Counted from the first letter of the stretch, positions 18,391 to 30,102 are shown. The stretch: 64,000 nucleotides of DNA from Euryarchaeota archaeon UBA439 (GCA_002497245.1 DANB01000011.1:60612-124611); one strand, 5' to 3'. The notes: generated from the letters alone by a model not told the origin. Program-made: numbers and translations.

Positions 18391-21300
18391 CTAATCTATG
18401 TCTGAATTACGTAAAATTATTAAAATTCCAGCAAATGATAGTGATAATACAATAAATAAACCAAACACAATCAATATCGATTTATTATCTGAAAACCAGT
18501 TTCCAGTAATAGATTCATCAGTTTTATCTAATTTAATTACTAAACTTTGATCGGACACATCTGTTGTAGAAAGATAGATGTCGGTACCTCTAACAAAAAT
18601 TTCTATCTCTCCATTGGGTAAACTTGAGCGAGGGAAAATCTCCAATGAATATATTCCATCATTGGAGATTCTGTCGACTCCAACACCATCATCTTTCATT
18701 AATATCCAGTTATTAGATTCACCAATAGGGGCTAATCTACCCATTTTAACCTGAACTGAAGATAAACCATCAGGATCAACTATTGATATTTCCAATACTT
18801 GAGGTATTGGGTCACCGGATTTAGGTACGGCAACTGTATCTGATATTTCATTACCTCTAATAATTGAATAATTCACAAAAGTTGGAGCCTCATTCTCAAT
18901 AATTAGTATTGAACTAATTTCTACTCCATTAATCAAAGATTTAGTAATTAATCTAGAAGAATCATTCCCGTCTATCAATCTAATTGGAACTAATCTCTCA
19001 CCAGGTGCAATAATATATGGAACTTGAAATTGTCCCACCCATTTGGAGTCAATTAATGAGAGAGGAATTGATTCTCCACCAGCACTTGTTAATTCTAAAG
19101 AAACAGAGCTTACACCATGGCCATCATTTGCCGATATAGATACATCAACAAAATCTCCTCTTTTCACAACATTCGGTGTGAAACTGATGGATGACATCAC
19201 CGGAGCAGGATTAAGAATTACAATATTTGAGGAAAACACTACAGTTTCCCAAAAATCATTAATTTCTATTTCAACTGTCTTATTTCCAAAATCTAGCCCA
19301 TCTGCTATTATTAGAGATGTCCAAACATCGTCATGGATAACAGTATCTCCAAATAATCCTCTATCTGATAATTCAATAATCCCCAATCCAAATTGGGACA
19401 TATCTACAAATATGGAAATAATATCATTATCAACATCATCTACTGAAACTTCGAGATGAGCTTGCCCTCCCTCAGTATACAAAAAACCCTCTCTGAATTT
19501 TATATTTTCTAATAATGGAGGAGTGTTTTCTTCGGCAGTGATTATTGAAGGTGAGCGAATCTTATCTAGATTCTGAGTCTCGTAAAAATTAACCTCTCCT
19601 TCTAATAGAGGTAAAGTAATTGAACGATTTACATGATGGAATAGTCCTGCTAATAAGCCTTCATTAATCACACTTCCAGATGCCTCTGTGTTGTTACCAT
19701 AATCTCCTATCCAGTCGATCACATCGACATTATGACCATCTATATTCACTTCCCTACTATCTTGAACAATGATTGATAAAATAAGATCTGAATTTCTAGA
19801 TAAAATAATTTCATCCCCCTGCCTTAATATCTCAGGAATTACACCTGTTTCTTTAGTTATAGGAGATGCCTCAAAGGAACTGGAAGAAGGCCTTTCAACA
19901 TCAACCTGGATTGGAGATTCTTCGGGAAAATAATCTGAACTTGAACCATTATCTTCAATATACTGATATCTAACTATTGGATTTTCCCAATAAGATTGAG
20001 GTACCGTATACTCATATGTAAGATTATGTTCAGCATTTATTTCTTCGTCTACAATCATGAAGACTGATGATACATTTAGCCAATTCTCATTTCTAATTTT
20101 ATTTACCTCAAAATTAGTACCTGAAAGATTCTGTTGAGTGGTCTTATCTTCGATTAATCTAATTATCCCAAATGAACCTGAAACATCTCCATCATATGTC
20201 CCATCAACTCTTAAAGTATCATGAAGAATAAATCCATTTCTATCTTCGAAATGTAAACTATCAACAGTTCCGTTAGTGTAAATATATGGAGCCTCTTCTG
20301 AAATAAGTGCATTAAATTCTGCATTACCGATATACTTCAAAAGATGTTCTTCTTGAACTCCATTTATCCATAGATCTTTGTATCTAAATTCTTCTAATTC
20401 AAGATCAATATTTCCATCTGCAAAGTCAATAAAGCTTGTAGCATCTGCTTCTAAATTTATATTCTGATATTCACGTAAACCGTCTGAATCTAAAGACTCG
20501 AAGTAAAATGAAGAGATATCGCCTGAGATAAATAGAGATTCATTGTCTGAATTATCTAGAAAATATAACATTCCATGGCCATCAACTAACAAATGCTCAG
20601 TGTAACTATCTTGTAACAATGTACGATTATAAAATGCTTCAGTCACATTTACCGAGATATTCAACCCATCCTGAATAGTCAATAAATTTCCTTGTCCACG
20701 CATCTCAAACTCCTGCCCAACTAATTCTTCGTCATAATAAGTCTGGTTTAACCAGACCTTGTCTAAATCGAGTTCAATATCCATATTATCAAAATTATAT
20801 AGTTCAAAACTTCCAGAACCTAATTCATTTGATGTGAGACTCGGACCTATTCTTTGCTGCCAACCTCTACCTTCAAAAATAAGATTGGAACTGGACTCAG
20901 AAGTTCCTAAAATATTATTTTGCCATGTTCTATTGCTGGTCACTTCATGATCTGCTATTGGTTGATTCCAATTTGTGACTCTAATAGAACGGCTACAAGA
21001 TGCTTCCAAAGTTTCAATCGAAATCTCAATTTCATCCATGAACATAGGTTCTTCAGGCAGAATAATATCAATTTCTCCACCAGCTAAAATAACATTAGAA
21101 TTAAAGTTACTTCCTATTGTCTGGTTAGCACGTAAATGACTTATTGACGTGTCTACTAAGTGAGGTGTGGTGCCATTAACAAAAGAGGGAGAGAAAGACA
21201 CTACATAACGGTGTATAATTAGTGGATTATATACCGAGAAATTACCATCAGCATCCATTACTGGGAATTGATCTACTCCCCAATCAGCAAGTATTTCACA

Positions 21301-21396
21301 CTCTATAAATTCATTTTCTTCAGCAGAAACCAATGATGAAAAACTACTAAACAATAAAATAAAAATAATGAAAAAAGCTTGTTGGATGCTTTTCAT
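18391..21396 (-). CDS. Large secreted, C-terminally membrane-anchored acidic surface protein with choice-of-anchor-X-like segments
   Basis: Signal peptide, beta-rich acidic body, DRGLFGDTVIHDDVWT and DDGVGVDRISNDGIYS motifs, C-terminal TM. Confidence 0.75.
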   Translation of the reverse strand: MKSIQQAFFIIFILLFSSFSSLVSAEENEFIECEILADWGVDQFPVMDADGNFSVYNPLIIHRYVVSFSPSFVNGTTPHLVDTSISHLRANQTIGSNFNSNVILAGGEIDIILPEEPMFMDEIEISIETLEASCSRSIRVTNWNQPIADHEVTSNRTWQNNILGTSESSSNLIFEGRGWQQRIGPSLTSNELGSGSFELYNFDNMDIELDLDKVWLNQTYYDEELVGQEFEMRGQGNLLTIQDGLNISVNVTEAFYNRTLLQDSYTEHLLVDGHGMLYFLDNSDNESLFISGDISSFYFESLDSDGLREYQNINLEADATSFIDFADGNIDLELEEFRYKDLWINGVQEEHLLKYIGNAEFNALISEEAPYIYTNGTVDSLHFEDRNGFILHDTLRVDGTYDGDVSGSFGIIRLIEDKTTQQNLSGTNFEVNKIRNENWLNVSSVFMIVDEEINAEHNLTYEYTVPQSYWENPIVRYQYIEDNGSSSDYFPEESPIQVDVERPSSSSFEASPITKETGVIPEILRQGDEIILSRNSDLILSIIVQDSREVNIDGHNVDVIDWIGDYGNNTEASGSVINEGLLAGLFHHVNRSITLPLLEGEVNFYETQNLDKIRSPSIITAEENTPPLLENIKFREGFLYTEGGQAHLEVSVDDVDNDIISIFVDMSQFGLGIIELSDRGLFGDTVIHDDVWTSLIIADGLDFGNKTVEIEINDFWETVVFSSNIVILNPAPVMSSISFTPNVVKRGDFVDVSISANDGHGVSSVSLELTSAGGESIPLSLIDSKWVGQFQVPYIIAPGERLVPIRLIDGNDSSRLITKSLINGVEISSILIIENEAPTFVNYSIIRGNEISDTVAVPKSGDPIPQVLEISIVDPDGLSSVQVKMGRLAPIGESNNWILMKDDGVGVDRISNDGIYSLEIFPRSSLPNGEIEIFVRGTDIYLSTTDVSDQSLVIKLDKTDESITGNWFSDNKSILIVFGLFIVLSLSFAGILIILRNSDID

Positions 21397-21455
21397 GATA
21401 AACTCTAGGAGAATATGCTTTTGAAACTTAGGTATCAATGATTTTTATAATGTCT

Positions 21456-21872
21456 CTAGAATAATGGTTCTTCCCAATCATCTTCTTCTCCAGATCTCTC
21501 TTTCCAGAGATTTGCAGGCATGTCATCATATATACCAGCATAAGGATCTTCATCATCAACCTTTTTTCCTCTCATCTCCATTGCAGCAAGAGCGAATGCC
21601 TCGGCTGTAGATTTAAACTTCCAATAATGGATTCTCCATTCTCTTCCATCCCATAATGTTGTCTCTTCAGATTCTGTAGTCAATAGATCGTAATCTTGTA
21701 ACTGATAGAAAAGATTACGATCATTAGGTTCTAGTGCGTTATCAATTATTCGATTTGAGAAACCAAAAAAACCCAATGCATGCTCAGCAATACCTTCAGC
21801 CACGACAGTTTCCATATCTTCGTCAACTTTACGGCGAATGGCCTGAGTTAATTGTGCAAGTGTCAAACCCAT
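21456..21872 (-). CDS. DUF6015-family protein (Thermoplasmatota)
   Basis: FFGFSNRIIDNALEP.DR.LFY.L and TLWDGREWRIHYW motifs. Confidence 0.75.
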   Translation of the reverse strand: MGLTLAQLTQAIRRKVDEDMETVVAEGIAEHALGFFGFSNRIIDNALEPNDRNLFYQLQDYDLLTTESEETTLWDGREWRIHYWKFKSTAEAFALAAMEMRGKKVDDEDPYAGIYDDMPANLWKERSGEEDDWEEPLF

Positions 21873-21992
21873 ATCACCGACTCCGATATATATTCCATGG
21901 ATGGGTGTGACTTATCAACCATACTTTATTACGATTACAGATTTGATTTGAATCCCGAAGCCATTAATCGGGAGAAGCGAGTCGTAATCATC

Positions 21993-22919
21993 ATGGAAGA
22001 GTCTGGCAAGATGACTTTCTTGGGCCTAGAAGAAAATGAAAATGGCCCTTATGACATTGTAATTTTACCCATACCTTATGAAATGACAACAAGCTACAAG
22101 GAAGGAACTGAATTTGGACCAGAGGCGTGCATTAGTGCAAGTTCACAGGTGGAATTATTTGATGAATTATTAGATGATGACCTTCCTTGTGGTTTCAAGT
22201 TATTCACCTCAGATAATTGGAATAATGAGGTGTCAAGTCTCAAAGAAGCTTTAGAAAGTATTGAAAGATTTTCTTCAAAGTGGGTTAATGGTGAACAATT
22301 TCCAATATTTTTAGGTGGCGAACATGGCATATTATTACCAATAATTAGATCTCTAAAAAAACATCCAAAAATTGAAGGAGAACTAGAAAAATTAACTATT
22401 GTACAAATTGATGCACATGCGGATTTAAGAGATGAATTGAATGGAGAAAGATTTTCTCATGGAACTGTGATTAGAAGATCTTTAGATGAAGGTGTAGGTA
22501 AAATAGTCCAGATAGGTATCAGAGCATATTGTTCGGAAGAAAAAGAAATAATTGAGAGTGATAGAAGAGTGAATACATGGTTTGCCAGAGATCTAATTAG
22601 TATAGATTCAGAAGACTCAAATTGGAACGAAATGATTGATCAAATCAAGAACTTATCAGGACCCATATGGCTTAGTTTCGATATTGATGGATTAGATGGC
22701 ATTCTAGTTCCAGCAACGGGAACCCCAGTCCCCGGAGGATTATCATTCTGGGGAGCAAATAAAATAATACAAGAATTATTTAATGCTAAAAAATCACAAG
22801 TAATAGGTGCAGATGTTAACGAAATATCAACTTCACCAGGCACTAACCTGACAGAATTTTCCGCAGCTTTAATTGCTACAAAGATTATAGCTTGCCATAT
22901 AATGAGTACGAAAGGATAA
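21993..22919 (+). CDS. speB: Agmatinase (ureohydrolase family)
   Basis: PYE.T.SY..GT.FGP, GGEH, DAHAD, SFDIDGLD and TGTPVPGG motifs. Confidence 0.88.
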   Translation: MEESGKMTFLGLEENENGPYDIVILPIPYEMTTSYKEGTEFGPEACISASSQVELFDELLDDDLPCGFKLFTSDNWNNEVSSLKEALESIERFSSKWVNGEQFPIFLGGEHGILLPIIRSLKKHPKIEGELEKLTIVQIDAHADLRDELNGERFSHGTVIRRSLDEGVGKIVQIGIRAYCSEEKEIIESDRRVNTWFARDLISIDSEDSNWNEMIDQIKNLSGPIWLSFDIDGLDGILVPATGTPVPGGLSFWGANKIIQELFNAKKSQVIGADVNEISTSPGTNLTEFSAALIATKIIACHIMSTKG

Positions 22920-23033
22920 TGATCGTAAATACTTTATTAATTCGAATAATTGATCCCATATTTAATCAAATATGCTCTGAAATTGAAACTTTGTGATGCA
23001 ATTCTTTGTATAATTGAATATTATCGCAAATAC

Positions 23034-24542
23034 ATGCATGTAACAGTTAGTGAATTTTTAGAAACCGGAGACATTATGATTATTCCTCTTTTTCAAGATA
23101 CGGAAAAGGCACCAAATAATTCGACAATAGGTTTGAGTAGGAGTGCAAGTATTGCTGTAAAATCCGCGATTTCTAGTGACGGTTTTGACGGAAAGGAAAA
23201 ATGTCAGATTTCAATATGGACGAAAGAATGTCAAATAATACTTTTAGGAGTTGGCGATAAAAATAAATTGACCCCTAAGAAATCTAGAGATTTTGGTGCG
23301 AAATGCTTTAGCAATCTTCCAAATAATCAAGGAAGGAATGTTGTTATCAGATTTACTGCAGGATGGAATAATCAAAATATGGCATCATTTGCAGAAGGAA
23401 TGATACTAAGAGATTATTCATTTGATAAGTATCAAAAAAAGAAAGACGAGAAAAATGATAGTGAATGGTCAATAATTTGTCAAACAACAAAAAGATATAC
23501 TAAAGATCTCGATTTAGAGATAAATAGACTTTCTTCCATAGCTACTGGTGTGCACCTTGCTAGAGACTTAGGAAATGAACCTGCAAATCGACTTTATCCT
23601 GAAGAGTTTGGAAGAAGAGCATTAGAATGGTCCAAAGGAAAAGAAAATGTTGAAGTTGAAGTCTGGAACTTCTCTCGTCTCAAAGAAGAAGGAATGAATG
23701 GACTCATTGAGGTTGGAAAAGGAAGTGTACATAAGCCATGTATGGTATTCTTCCGTCTTAATCCTACTACAGAGACCAATAAACAAGTTCCTTGTATTGT
23801 AGGTAAAGGTATTACTTTTGATTCTGGAGGAATTTCAATCAAAGGTAGTGCAGGAATGGATGAAATGAAATTAGATATGCATGGTTCTGCTACTGTTTTT
23901 GGACTCTTTCAGGCTCTTCATGCAACCGGTTACAAAGGTCGAGTTAATGGAATAACATGTATGGCAGAGAATATGCCAAGTGCTGAAGCATATAGGCCGG
24001 GAGACGTCATAGACACATATTCTGGAAAAACTATCGAGGTCCTAAATACAGATGCTGAAGGACGTAACGTACTAGCAGATGGGCTTTGGAAGGCCAGTGA
24101 ATTAAATCCATCTTACATCATTGATTTAGCAACATTAACCGGATCAATTGTAGTGGCTCTTGGCCATGAAGCAACAGGATTATTTTCGAACGATGATTCA
24201 TTATCTGGAAGAATTAAGAAGGCAGGGGATGAAGTTGATGAAATTTGTTGGCCTATGCCATTGTTACCTGCATTTGAAAAACAAATGACTTCCTCTAAAA
24301 TCGCAGATGTAAGAAATCAAGGAAAAGGCAGATGGGGGGGAGCAATTCAAGCTGCAGGATTCTTGAAACAATTTGTCCAAGAACGCGAAGGTGAAAACGG
24401 AGAAAAATCCCAAATCCCATGGGCACATCTAGATATTGCAGGAACTGCAGGAATTTGGGGTGGAGAGTCAAATGCAACTGTTAGCCATGGAGCTACGGGA
24501 ATACAAGTTCGGACTCTACATCGATTAATAACGAGTAAATGA
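23034..24542 (+). CDS. pepA: Leucyl aminopeptidase (M17)
   Basis: VGKGITFDSGG, MKLDM, NTDAEGR, DLATLTG and WAHLDIAG motifs. Confidence 0.93.
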   Translation: MHVTVSEFLETGDIMIIPLFQDTEKAPNNSTIGLSRSASIAVKSAISSDGFDGKEKCQISIWTKECQIILLGVGDKNKLTPKKSRDFGAKCFSNLPNNQGRNVVIRFTAGWNNQNMASFAEGMILRDYSFDKYQKKKDEKNDSEWSIICQTTKRYTKDLDLEINRLSSIATGVHLARDLGNEPANRLYPEEFGRRALEWSKGKENVEVEVWNFSRLKEEGMNGLIEVGKGSVHKPCMVFFRLNPTTETNKQVPCIVGKGITFDSGGISIKGSAGMDEMKLDMHGSATVFGLFQALHATGYKGRVNGITCMAENMPSAEAYRPGDVIDTYSGKTIEVLNTDAEGRNVLADGLWKASELNPSYIIDLATLTGSIVVALGHEATGLFSNDDSLSGRIKKAGDEVDEICWPMPLLPAFEKQMTSSKIADVRNQGKGRWGGAIQAAGFLKQFVQEREGENGEKSQIPWAHLDIAGTAGIWGGESNATVSHGATGIQVRTLHRLITSK

Positions 24543-24547
24543 GAAAA

Positions 24548-24796
24548 TTACTCCTGAGGAGATATTAAAAAAATAATAAGATAAACAATTGCTAAACTAC
24601 CACCTGTAAATATTGTAAATAAAGAGAATAGAACTCTTGAAGTTAGAGAAGTTATTCCTAATTTCCTAGCAAGTCCTGAGCAGACACCCAGAATTATTCT
24701 GTCATCAATTGGTCTTACAAATGGTTTAGCACCAATTCTAATCTTCTTAAGTGCAGAACCTTCATCCATCAGATCACTCATCGGTATCGTCATCAT
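24548..24796 (-). CDS. PspC-domain membrane protein
   Basis: [18 protein letters not shown] pattern followed by a TM helix. Confidence 0.8.
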   Translation of the reverse strand: MMTIPMSDLMDEGSALKKIRIGAKPFVRPIDDRIILGVCSGLARKLGITSLTSRVLFSLFTIFTGGSLAIVYLIIFLISPQE

Positions 24797-26663
24797 CTGA
24801 ATCTAAAACTTCAAAATCGGCCTCTACAACATCACCTTCTTCAGACTCATTACCTTCATCTGAAACCTCTGCGGATGCTGCTTCGTACAATTTAGATGAT
24901 AAACGATGCATTAATTCTTCTAACTCTTGTATTCTTGATTGGATACCTGTTTCATCTAAGTCTTCATCTGGAACTGGTTTTTCATCTGAGATGATTAAAG
25001 ATTCCAATTCTTTCAACTTTTCTAAAACAGGGCTAACTACTTCCTCAGATAATTTCTCTTTCGTCTCATCAATTGTTCTTCGAGTTTGGTATACTATACT
25101 ATCTGCTGTATTTCTTAGTTCAACTCTAGCTTTTTTACGTTTATCTTCTTCAGCAAATTCTTCGGCATCGCTTATTTTTTGTTTGATTTCTTCTTCGGAT
25201 AATGATGTTTGACTCTCAATTTTAATTGATTGTTCGGTACCTGTACCAAGATCCTTTGCAGAAACATTCACAATACCATTAGCATCGATATCAAATGTAA
25301 CCTCAATTTGAGGCAAACCTCGTGGAGCAGGTGGAATACCCATAAGATGGAATCTGCCAAGGGTTATGTTATCATTAGCAAACTCTCTCTCGCCTTGGAG
25401 AACATGCACTTCGACTGCTGGTTGATTGTCTGCTGCAGTTGAGAACGTTTCCGAACGCCTGGAAGGGATCGTTGTATTTCTTTCAATCATTGTAGTCATA
25501 ATTCCACCTAATGTTTCTATTCCTAAAGTCAAAGGAGTTACATCAAGAAGAAGAACGTCAGTAACTCCTTCATCGCCGACAATAATTCCTGCTTGTAGTG
25601 CTGCCCCTAAAGCAACTGCTTCATCAGGATTAATACCCTTGAAAGGAGATTTTCCTACTTCTGATTCTATAGCCTCCTGGACAGCAGGAACTCTAGTTGA
25701 ACCACCTACAAGAATCACCTTATCAACATCCCCCTTGCCTATCCCTGCATCCTTCATTGCTCTTCTTGTTGGAGCCATTGTTCGCTCGACTAAGTCTGAA
25801 ATTAAATCTTCAAACTTAGCTTTAGAAAGTGAAAGATCCAGATGTTCAGGCTGACCATCTTTCATTGTAATAAATGGTAAGTTTATCTGGGACATTGAAG
25901 TACCAGACAACTCAATTTTAGCCTTTTCTGCAGCCTCACGTAAACGACTCATTGCTTGCATATCTTTTGTTAAATCAATTCCTGAAGATTTCATATATTC
26001 GCTAGTTATCCATTCAACGATTACTTGATCAAAATCATCACCACCAAGCCTATTATCCCCACTTGTTGCCTTTACTTCAATTTGCGGTTGGCCATCAACT
26101 TGGTAAATCTCTAGTACAGAAACATCGAATGTACCTCCACCTAAATCATAAACTAGAATTGTCTGATCTTCGTCCTTATCTACCCCATAAGCTAGAGCTG
26201 CTGCTGTTGGTTCATTGATTATACGAAGTACTTCTAGACCAGCAATTCTGCCTGCATCTTGAGTTGCCTTTCTTTGAGCATCAGTAAAATAAGCTGGACA
26301 AGTTATCACTGCCTGATTAACTTCTCGACCTAGATATGATTCAGCATCAGCCTTTAATTTCTGTAAAATGAAGGCGGATACCTCTTGTGGAGTATATTCA
26401 TTATCATCAATATTCTGAACCCAATCAGTACCCATTTCCCTCTTAACTGAAAGAATGGTTCTCTCAGAATTTGTTACTGCTTGTCTTTTAGCAGTAACAC
26501 CTACTAATCTTTCACCGTCCTTGCTAAACGCAACGACAGAAGGAGTCGTCCGAGACCCCTCTGAATTGGCTATTACCACTGCCTGGCCTCCTTCAAGAGT
26601 TGCTACACAGCTGTTTGTCGTTCCAAGATCTATTCCTATTACAGGTCCACCCATTTTATTCAC
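24774..26663 (-). CDS. dnaK: Chaperone DnaK (Hsp70)
   Basis: [37 protein letters not shown] and C-terminal VVEADFE motifs. Confidence 0.98.
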   Translation of the reverse strand: MNKMGGPVIGIDLGTTNSCVATLEGGQAVVIANSEGSRTTPSVVAFSKDGERLVGVTAKRQAVTNSERTILSVKREMGTDWVQNIDDNEYTPQEVSAFILQKLKADAESYLGREVNQAVITCPAYFTDAQRKATQDAGRIAGLEVLRIINEPTAAALAYGVDKDEDQTILVYDLGGGTFDVSVLEIYQVDGQPQIEVKATSGDNRLGGDDFDQVIVEWITSEYMKSSGIDLTKDMQAMSRLREAAEKAKIELSGTSMSQINLPFITMKDGQPEHLDLSLSKAKFEDLISDLVERTMAPTRRAMKDAGIGKGDVDKVILVGGSTRVPAVQEAIESEVGKSPFKGINPDEAVALGAALQAGIIVGDEGVTDVLLLDVTPLTLGIETLGGIMTTMIERNTTIPSRRSETFSTAADNQPAVEVHVLQGEREFANDNITLGRFHLMGIPPAPRGLPQIEVTFDIDANGIVNVSAKDLGTGTEQSIKIESQTSLSEEEIKQKISDAEEFAEEDKRKKARVELRNTADSIVYQTRRTIDETKEKLSEEVVSPVLEKLKELESLIISDEKPVPDEDLDETGIQSRIQELEELMHRLSSKLYEAASAEVSDEGNESEEGDVVEADFEVLDSDDDDTDE

Positions 26664-26671
26664 TTCCTATT

Positions 26672-27283
26672 TCAATTATCATTTCTAATATCGAATATAA
26701 CATCAAGTATGCCATTATTTAGGCTCCATTCAACAATCTGACTTACAGGTTCGGTTAAATCAAATCTCTTAAAGGGCCTTAATTGAGTTGTTTTCATCAA
26801 CTGAAATGCCCTACCAGAATCTATCAAATTAATCTCTAATTCCGACTCTACAATATCTAATTCACGAGAAATGTCTACCGTTGCATACATTCTATCTTCA
26901 TGAATATGGATGTCGACTTGAAGTTCTTCTTCATTATTCTCTTCTTGATTTAATTCAGCATCAACTACTGGAGTAGGAGTATTTACTTGTATGTTAACTC
27001 CCATGTTCCTGAACAATTCTGAAAAACCATCCGGGCCATTCAACATTGATTCCATAGTTTTTCTAAAATCATCGGAATTGCCATTTATGTCAATTTTCAT
27101 ATCCTGATTAGATAGTTTCTCTGGATCAATACCCATTTTTTCGAATTGATCACGTACTTGGGAAAGCATATTTCTAAGAATGTTAATATCTATTGGCATA
27201 CCCATGTCAGAAAACATTCGTGCCATTTCTTTGAGCATTTGCTCTTCCCATTCATCTCCACTATTTTCATCCATATTTGCCAC
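26672..27283 (-). CDS. Hsp20/alpha-crystallin-like protein
   Basis: Met-rich N-terminus, C-terminal beta-sandwich ending in SLNNGILDV; directly upstream of dnaK. Confidence 0.6.
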   Translation of the reverse strand: MANMDENSGDEWEEQMLKEMARMFSDMGMPIDINILRNMLSQVRDQFEKMGIDPEKLSNQDMKIDINGNSDDFRKTMESMLNGPDGFSELFRNMGVNIQVNTPTPVVDAELNQEENNEEELQVDIHIHEDRMYATVDISRELDIVESELEINLIDSGRAFQLMKTTQLRPFKRFDLTEPVSQIVEWSLNNGILDVIFDIRNDN

Positions 27284-27424
27284 TACTTAACTCGAGGTTG
27301 TATAGTGGGAAGGTACTATCCTTTATGAACCTCTCGTTTTGAATTCTTTTGTAAATAAGAATTGATTAGAAATGTTATTGTCACGGGAGCGGTTTCAAAT
27401 CTGTTAGGTTACTCGCGAGGTTGT

Positions 27425-29035
27425 ATGTCAGATGCGGAACATGAAGTTGCTTTGGAGGATACTGACCGTATTCATGGCCGAACTGCTTTAGTGCGTAATG
27501 TCGCTGCTGCTGTTTCTTTGTCGAATGCTGTTAGATCGACGTTGGGCCCCAGAGGGATGGATAAAATGCTAGTCGATGCGGAAGGAGCAGCGAGTGTTAC
27601 TAATGATGGAGTGACGGTTTTAGAAATGGCTAAAGTTGAACATCCAACTGCTAATTTACTAATTGCCTCTTCAAGTTCACAAGACCGTGCAGCAAGAGAT
27701 GGAACTACTACTACGGTAATTTTGATGGCTGAGATGCTACAAAATGCTCTGGAATTAGTAAGGGCTGGAATCCATCCCTCAATAATTATTAATGGCTACA
27801 GAATTGCAAACAGTAAAGCATTAGAAGAACTTGATAAGATTTCACGTTATGCTAATGATAGAGTTCTGAAAGAAGCAGTTGTTAAAACTTCTTTACAAGG
27901 AAAAATAGATTCTTTATTGTCTAAACATCTTACTGAATTAGCGTTAAATGCTGCAGAATCATTGTCTGATGAGGAGGGAGGTAAAGACTTAGAAAGACTA
28001 AGAATTAAAAGAATACAGATTTCTGGTGGCAGAGCATTAGATAGTGAATTGTTACCGGCATTAGTGCTAGCGAAAACAAAACTTATTGGGGCAACTTCTA
28101 CTTTTTCGGATGGAGGGAAAGTTGCAATAATTGATGGAGCTATTGAAGAGAGAAAATTGAGTTTGGATGCACAAATCGAGATTAGCGAATTAGGTGTGTT
28201 AAAAGATTTTCAGGCTAGTAATGAAAAATACCTCACAGAAATTGTAGGGCACCTAGAAAAATTAGGAGTTGATTTACTTATAGTTAGAGATGGGATAGCA
28301 GATGAAGCTATTTCCATACTATCTGAAGCAGGCATTACCGCCTATAGAAGATTCGAAAGAAATGATCTTGAAAGATTATCAAAATTGACAAATGCAAATA
28401 TGATTAGGGATGTCAAGAAAATCACTAAGGACGATATTGGAGAATATTCATCACGTTCAGAAGAAAATATTGGAGGGATAAATTATACAAAGATAGAAGG
28501 AGAATTTGGTGGTGCTATGACAGTTATCATCAGAGGTTCTACTCCCGAGATTAGAGATGAAGTAGGAAGAGCCTTTGATGATGCCCTAGGAGTAAGCCAT
28601 AGATTAACCAGGGAGGGAGAGATTCTTCCAGGAGGAGGGGCAACACAGATACACTTAGCCAGAAAGCTAAGAGAATATGCAACTACACAATCGGGTAGAG
28701 AACAAATGGCTATTGAAGGATATGCAGCTGCTCTAGAAATCGTCCCTCGTACATTAGCTGAAAATGCTGGCTATGACCCAATAGATATTGTGTTATCACT
28801 CTCAGCAGCTCAATCGAAAAATAAAGAAGAAGGGTCTTGGATCGGTCTTAACGGAAATTCAGGCGAAATCTCGAATATGCTGGAAGAAGAAATCTTTGAT
28901 CCAAAATTTGTAGCTGAGCATGCAATTACAGGAGCAACAGAGGCTGCAATAAGTATCCTGAGGATAGATGATGTATTATGGGCAAAGAAAGGCCCTGAGA
29001 CTCCAGATTGGACTAACCAGATTGAAGATAATTAA
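27425..29035 (+). CDS. Group II chaperonin (thermosome) subunit, divergent
   Basis: STLGPRGMDKM, TNDG, RDGTTT, GGGA, LAENAG and ILRIDD motifs. Confidence 0.92.
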   Translation: MSDAEHEVALEDTDRIHGRTALVRNVAAAVSLSNAVRSTLGPRGMDKMLVDAEGAASVTNDGVTVLEMAKVEHPTANLLIASSSSQDRAARDGTTTTVILMAEMLQNALELVRAGIHPSIIINGYRIANSKALEELDKISRYANDRVLKEAVVKTSLQGKIDSLLSKHLTELALNAAESLSDEEGGKDLERLRIKRIQISGGRALDSELLPALVLAKTKLIGATSTFSDGGKVAIIDGAIEERKLSLDAQIEISELGVLKDFQASNEKYLTEIVGHLEKLGVDLLIVRDGIADEAISILSEAGITAYRRFERNDLERLSKLTNANMIRDVKKITKDDIGEYSSRSEENIGGINYTKIEGEFGGAMTVIIRGSTPEIRDEVGRAFDDALGVSHRLTREGEILPGGGATQIHLARKLREYATTQSGREQMAIEGYAAALEIVPRTLAENAGYDPIDIVLSLSAAQSKNKEEGSWIGLNGNSGEISNMLEEEIFDPKFVAEHAITGATEAAISILRIDDVLWAKKGPETPDWTNQIEDN

Positions 29036-29039
29036 AATA

Positions 29040-29993
29040 TTACTTTAAGTTACTAATCATCTCATCAACTATAGTTTCTAGACCAAATCTTGATTGCCAA
29101 TTCCAGTCATTTCTTGAAACTTGATCATCAATAGAATCTGGCCATGAATCTGCATAATTCTGACGTATGTCTGGTTTATAGTTACAAACAAAATCTGGCA
29201 ACCTCTTCTTGATTTCAGATACTAATTCTTTAGGAGTAAAAGAAAGGCCAGAAATATTGTAACCACAACGGGCTGAACTCAATGAATCAATTGGAGCGTC
29301 CATTAATGATATTGTGGCTCTAATCGCATCATCCATATACATCATGGGAAGACGAGTATCGCCATTAAGGAAACAATCATACTTTGACTCATCAGACAGT
29401 GCTGCATGAAATATGTCTACTGCATAGTCAGTAGTTCCGCCGCTAACAGGTGATTTCCAAGAAATAAGTCCAGGATATCTAATACCTCTAATATCTACTC
29501 CATATTTTTGATAATACATCATACCTAAGATTTCACATTCAACCTTAGTCATCCCATACTTAGTAGTAGGATTAAGCGGAGTTACTTGAGGGGCTTTCTT
29601 TGGCGTATCAGGACCAAAAACAGCGATAGAAGAAGGAGTGAAAATACGCAAACCAAATTCTCTGCCAGCATCAAAAATATTTCTAGTACCTTCTACATTA
29701 ATCAATTCACATAATTCCGGATTTTCTTCACCCCTTGCGGAAAGAATTGCGGCTAAATGATAAATGATTTTGATGTTTTGATCATTAATAATTTGAAAAA
29801 TTCGATCTTTGTCAAGTACATCTAGATTGATATACGGCCCATTTAGAATACATGGATGATTTGGTTTCTCTCTGATATCACTAGCTATTACCATATCAGA
29901 ACCATAAATGTCTCTTAACGATTGTACTAAATCGGTACCAATCTGACCAAGTGCTCCTGTGACCAATATACGGCCACCCTCGCGTCCAATCAT
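29040..29993 (-). CDS. tdh: SDR-type L-threonine 3-dehydrogenase
   Basis: GALGQIG, HLAAILS, PSSIAVFG, YGMTK, GGTTDYA and RQ.YADSWP motifs. Confidence 0.85.
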   Translation of the reverse strand: MIGREGGRILVTGALGQIGTDLVQSLRDIYGSDMVIASDIREKPNHPCILNGPYINLDVLDKDRIFQIINDQNIKIIYHLAAILSARGEENPELCELINVEGTRNIFDAGREFGLRIFTPSSIAVFGPDTPKKAPQVTPLNPTTKYGMTKVECEILGMMYYQKYGVDIRGIRYPGLISWKSPVSGGTTDYAVDIFHAALSDESKYDCFLNGDTRLPMMYMDDAIRATISLMDAPIDSLSSARCGYNISGLSFTPKELVSEIKKRLPDFVCNYKPDIRQNYADSWPDSIDDQVSRNDWNWQSRFGLETIVDEMISNLK

Positions 29994-30102
29994 AGTCGAC
30001 CGGAGAGATGGAGATACTTAGACTTAGCAAAGATTGTTTTTTGGACTAAGTATAAGGAATGTTGATAGGCAAGGTATGTTGGCTTCAAACCCCGTTGATT
30101 GG

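Noticed and set aside
18314..21396. tRNA 3' end abutting a large surface-protein gene, as a possible island integration site
   Set aside because: No integrase, no duplicated tRNA 3' end and no obvious compositional shift were seen.
24751..26688. Antisense ORFs over dnaK, and similar short shadow ORFs over glpX, cdc48, pyrB, sdhA and others
   Set aside because: They fully overlap well-supported genes on the opposite strand or in another frame and have no recognisable motifs.
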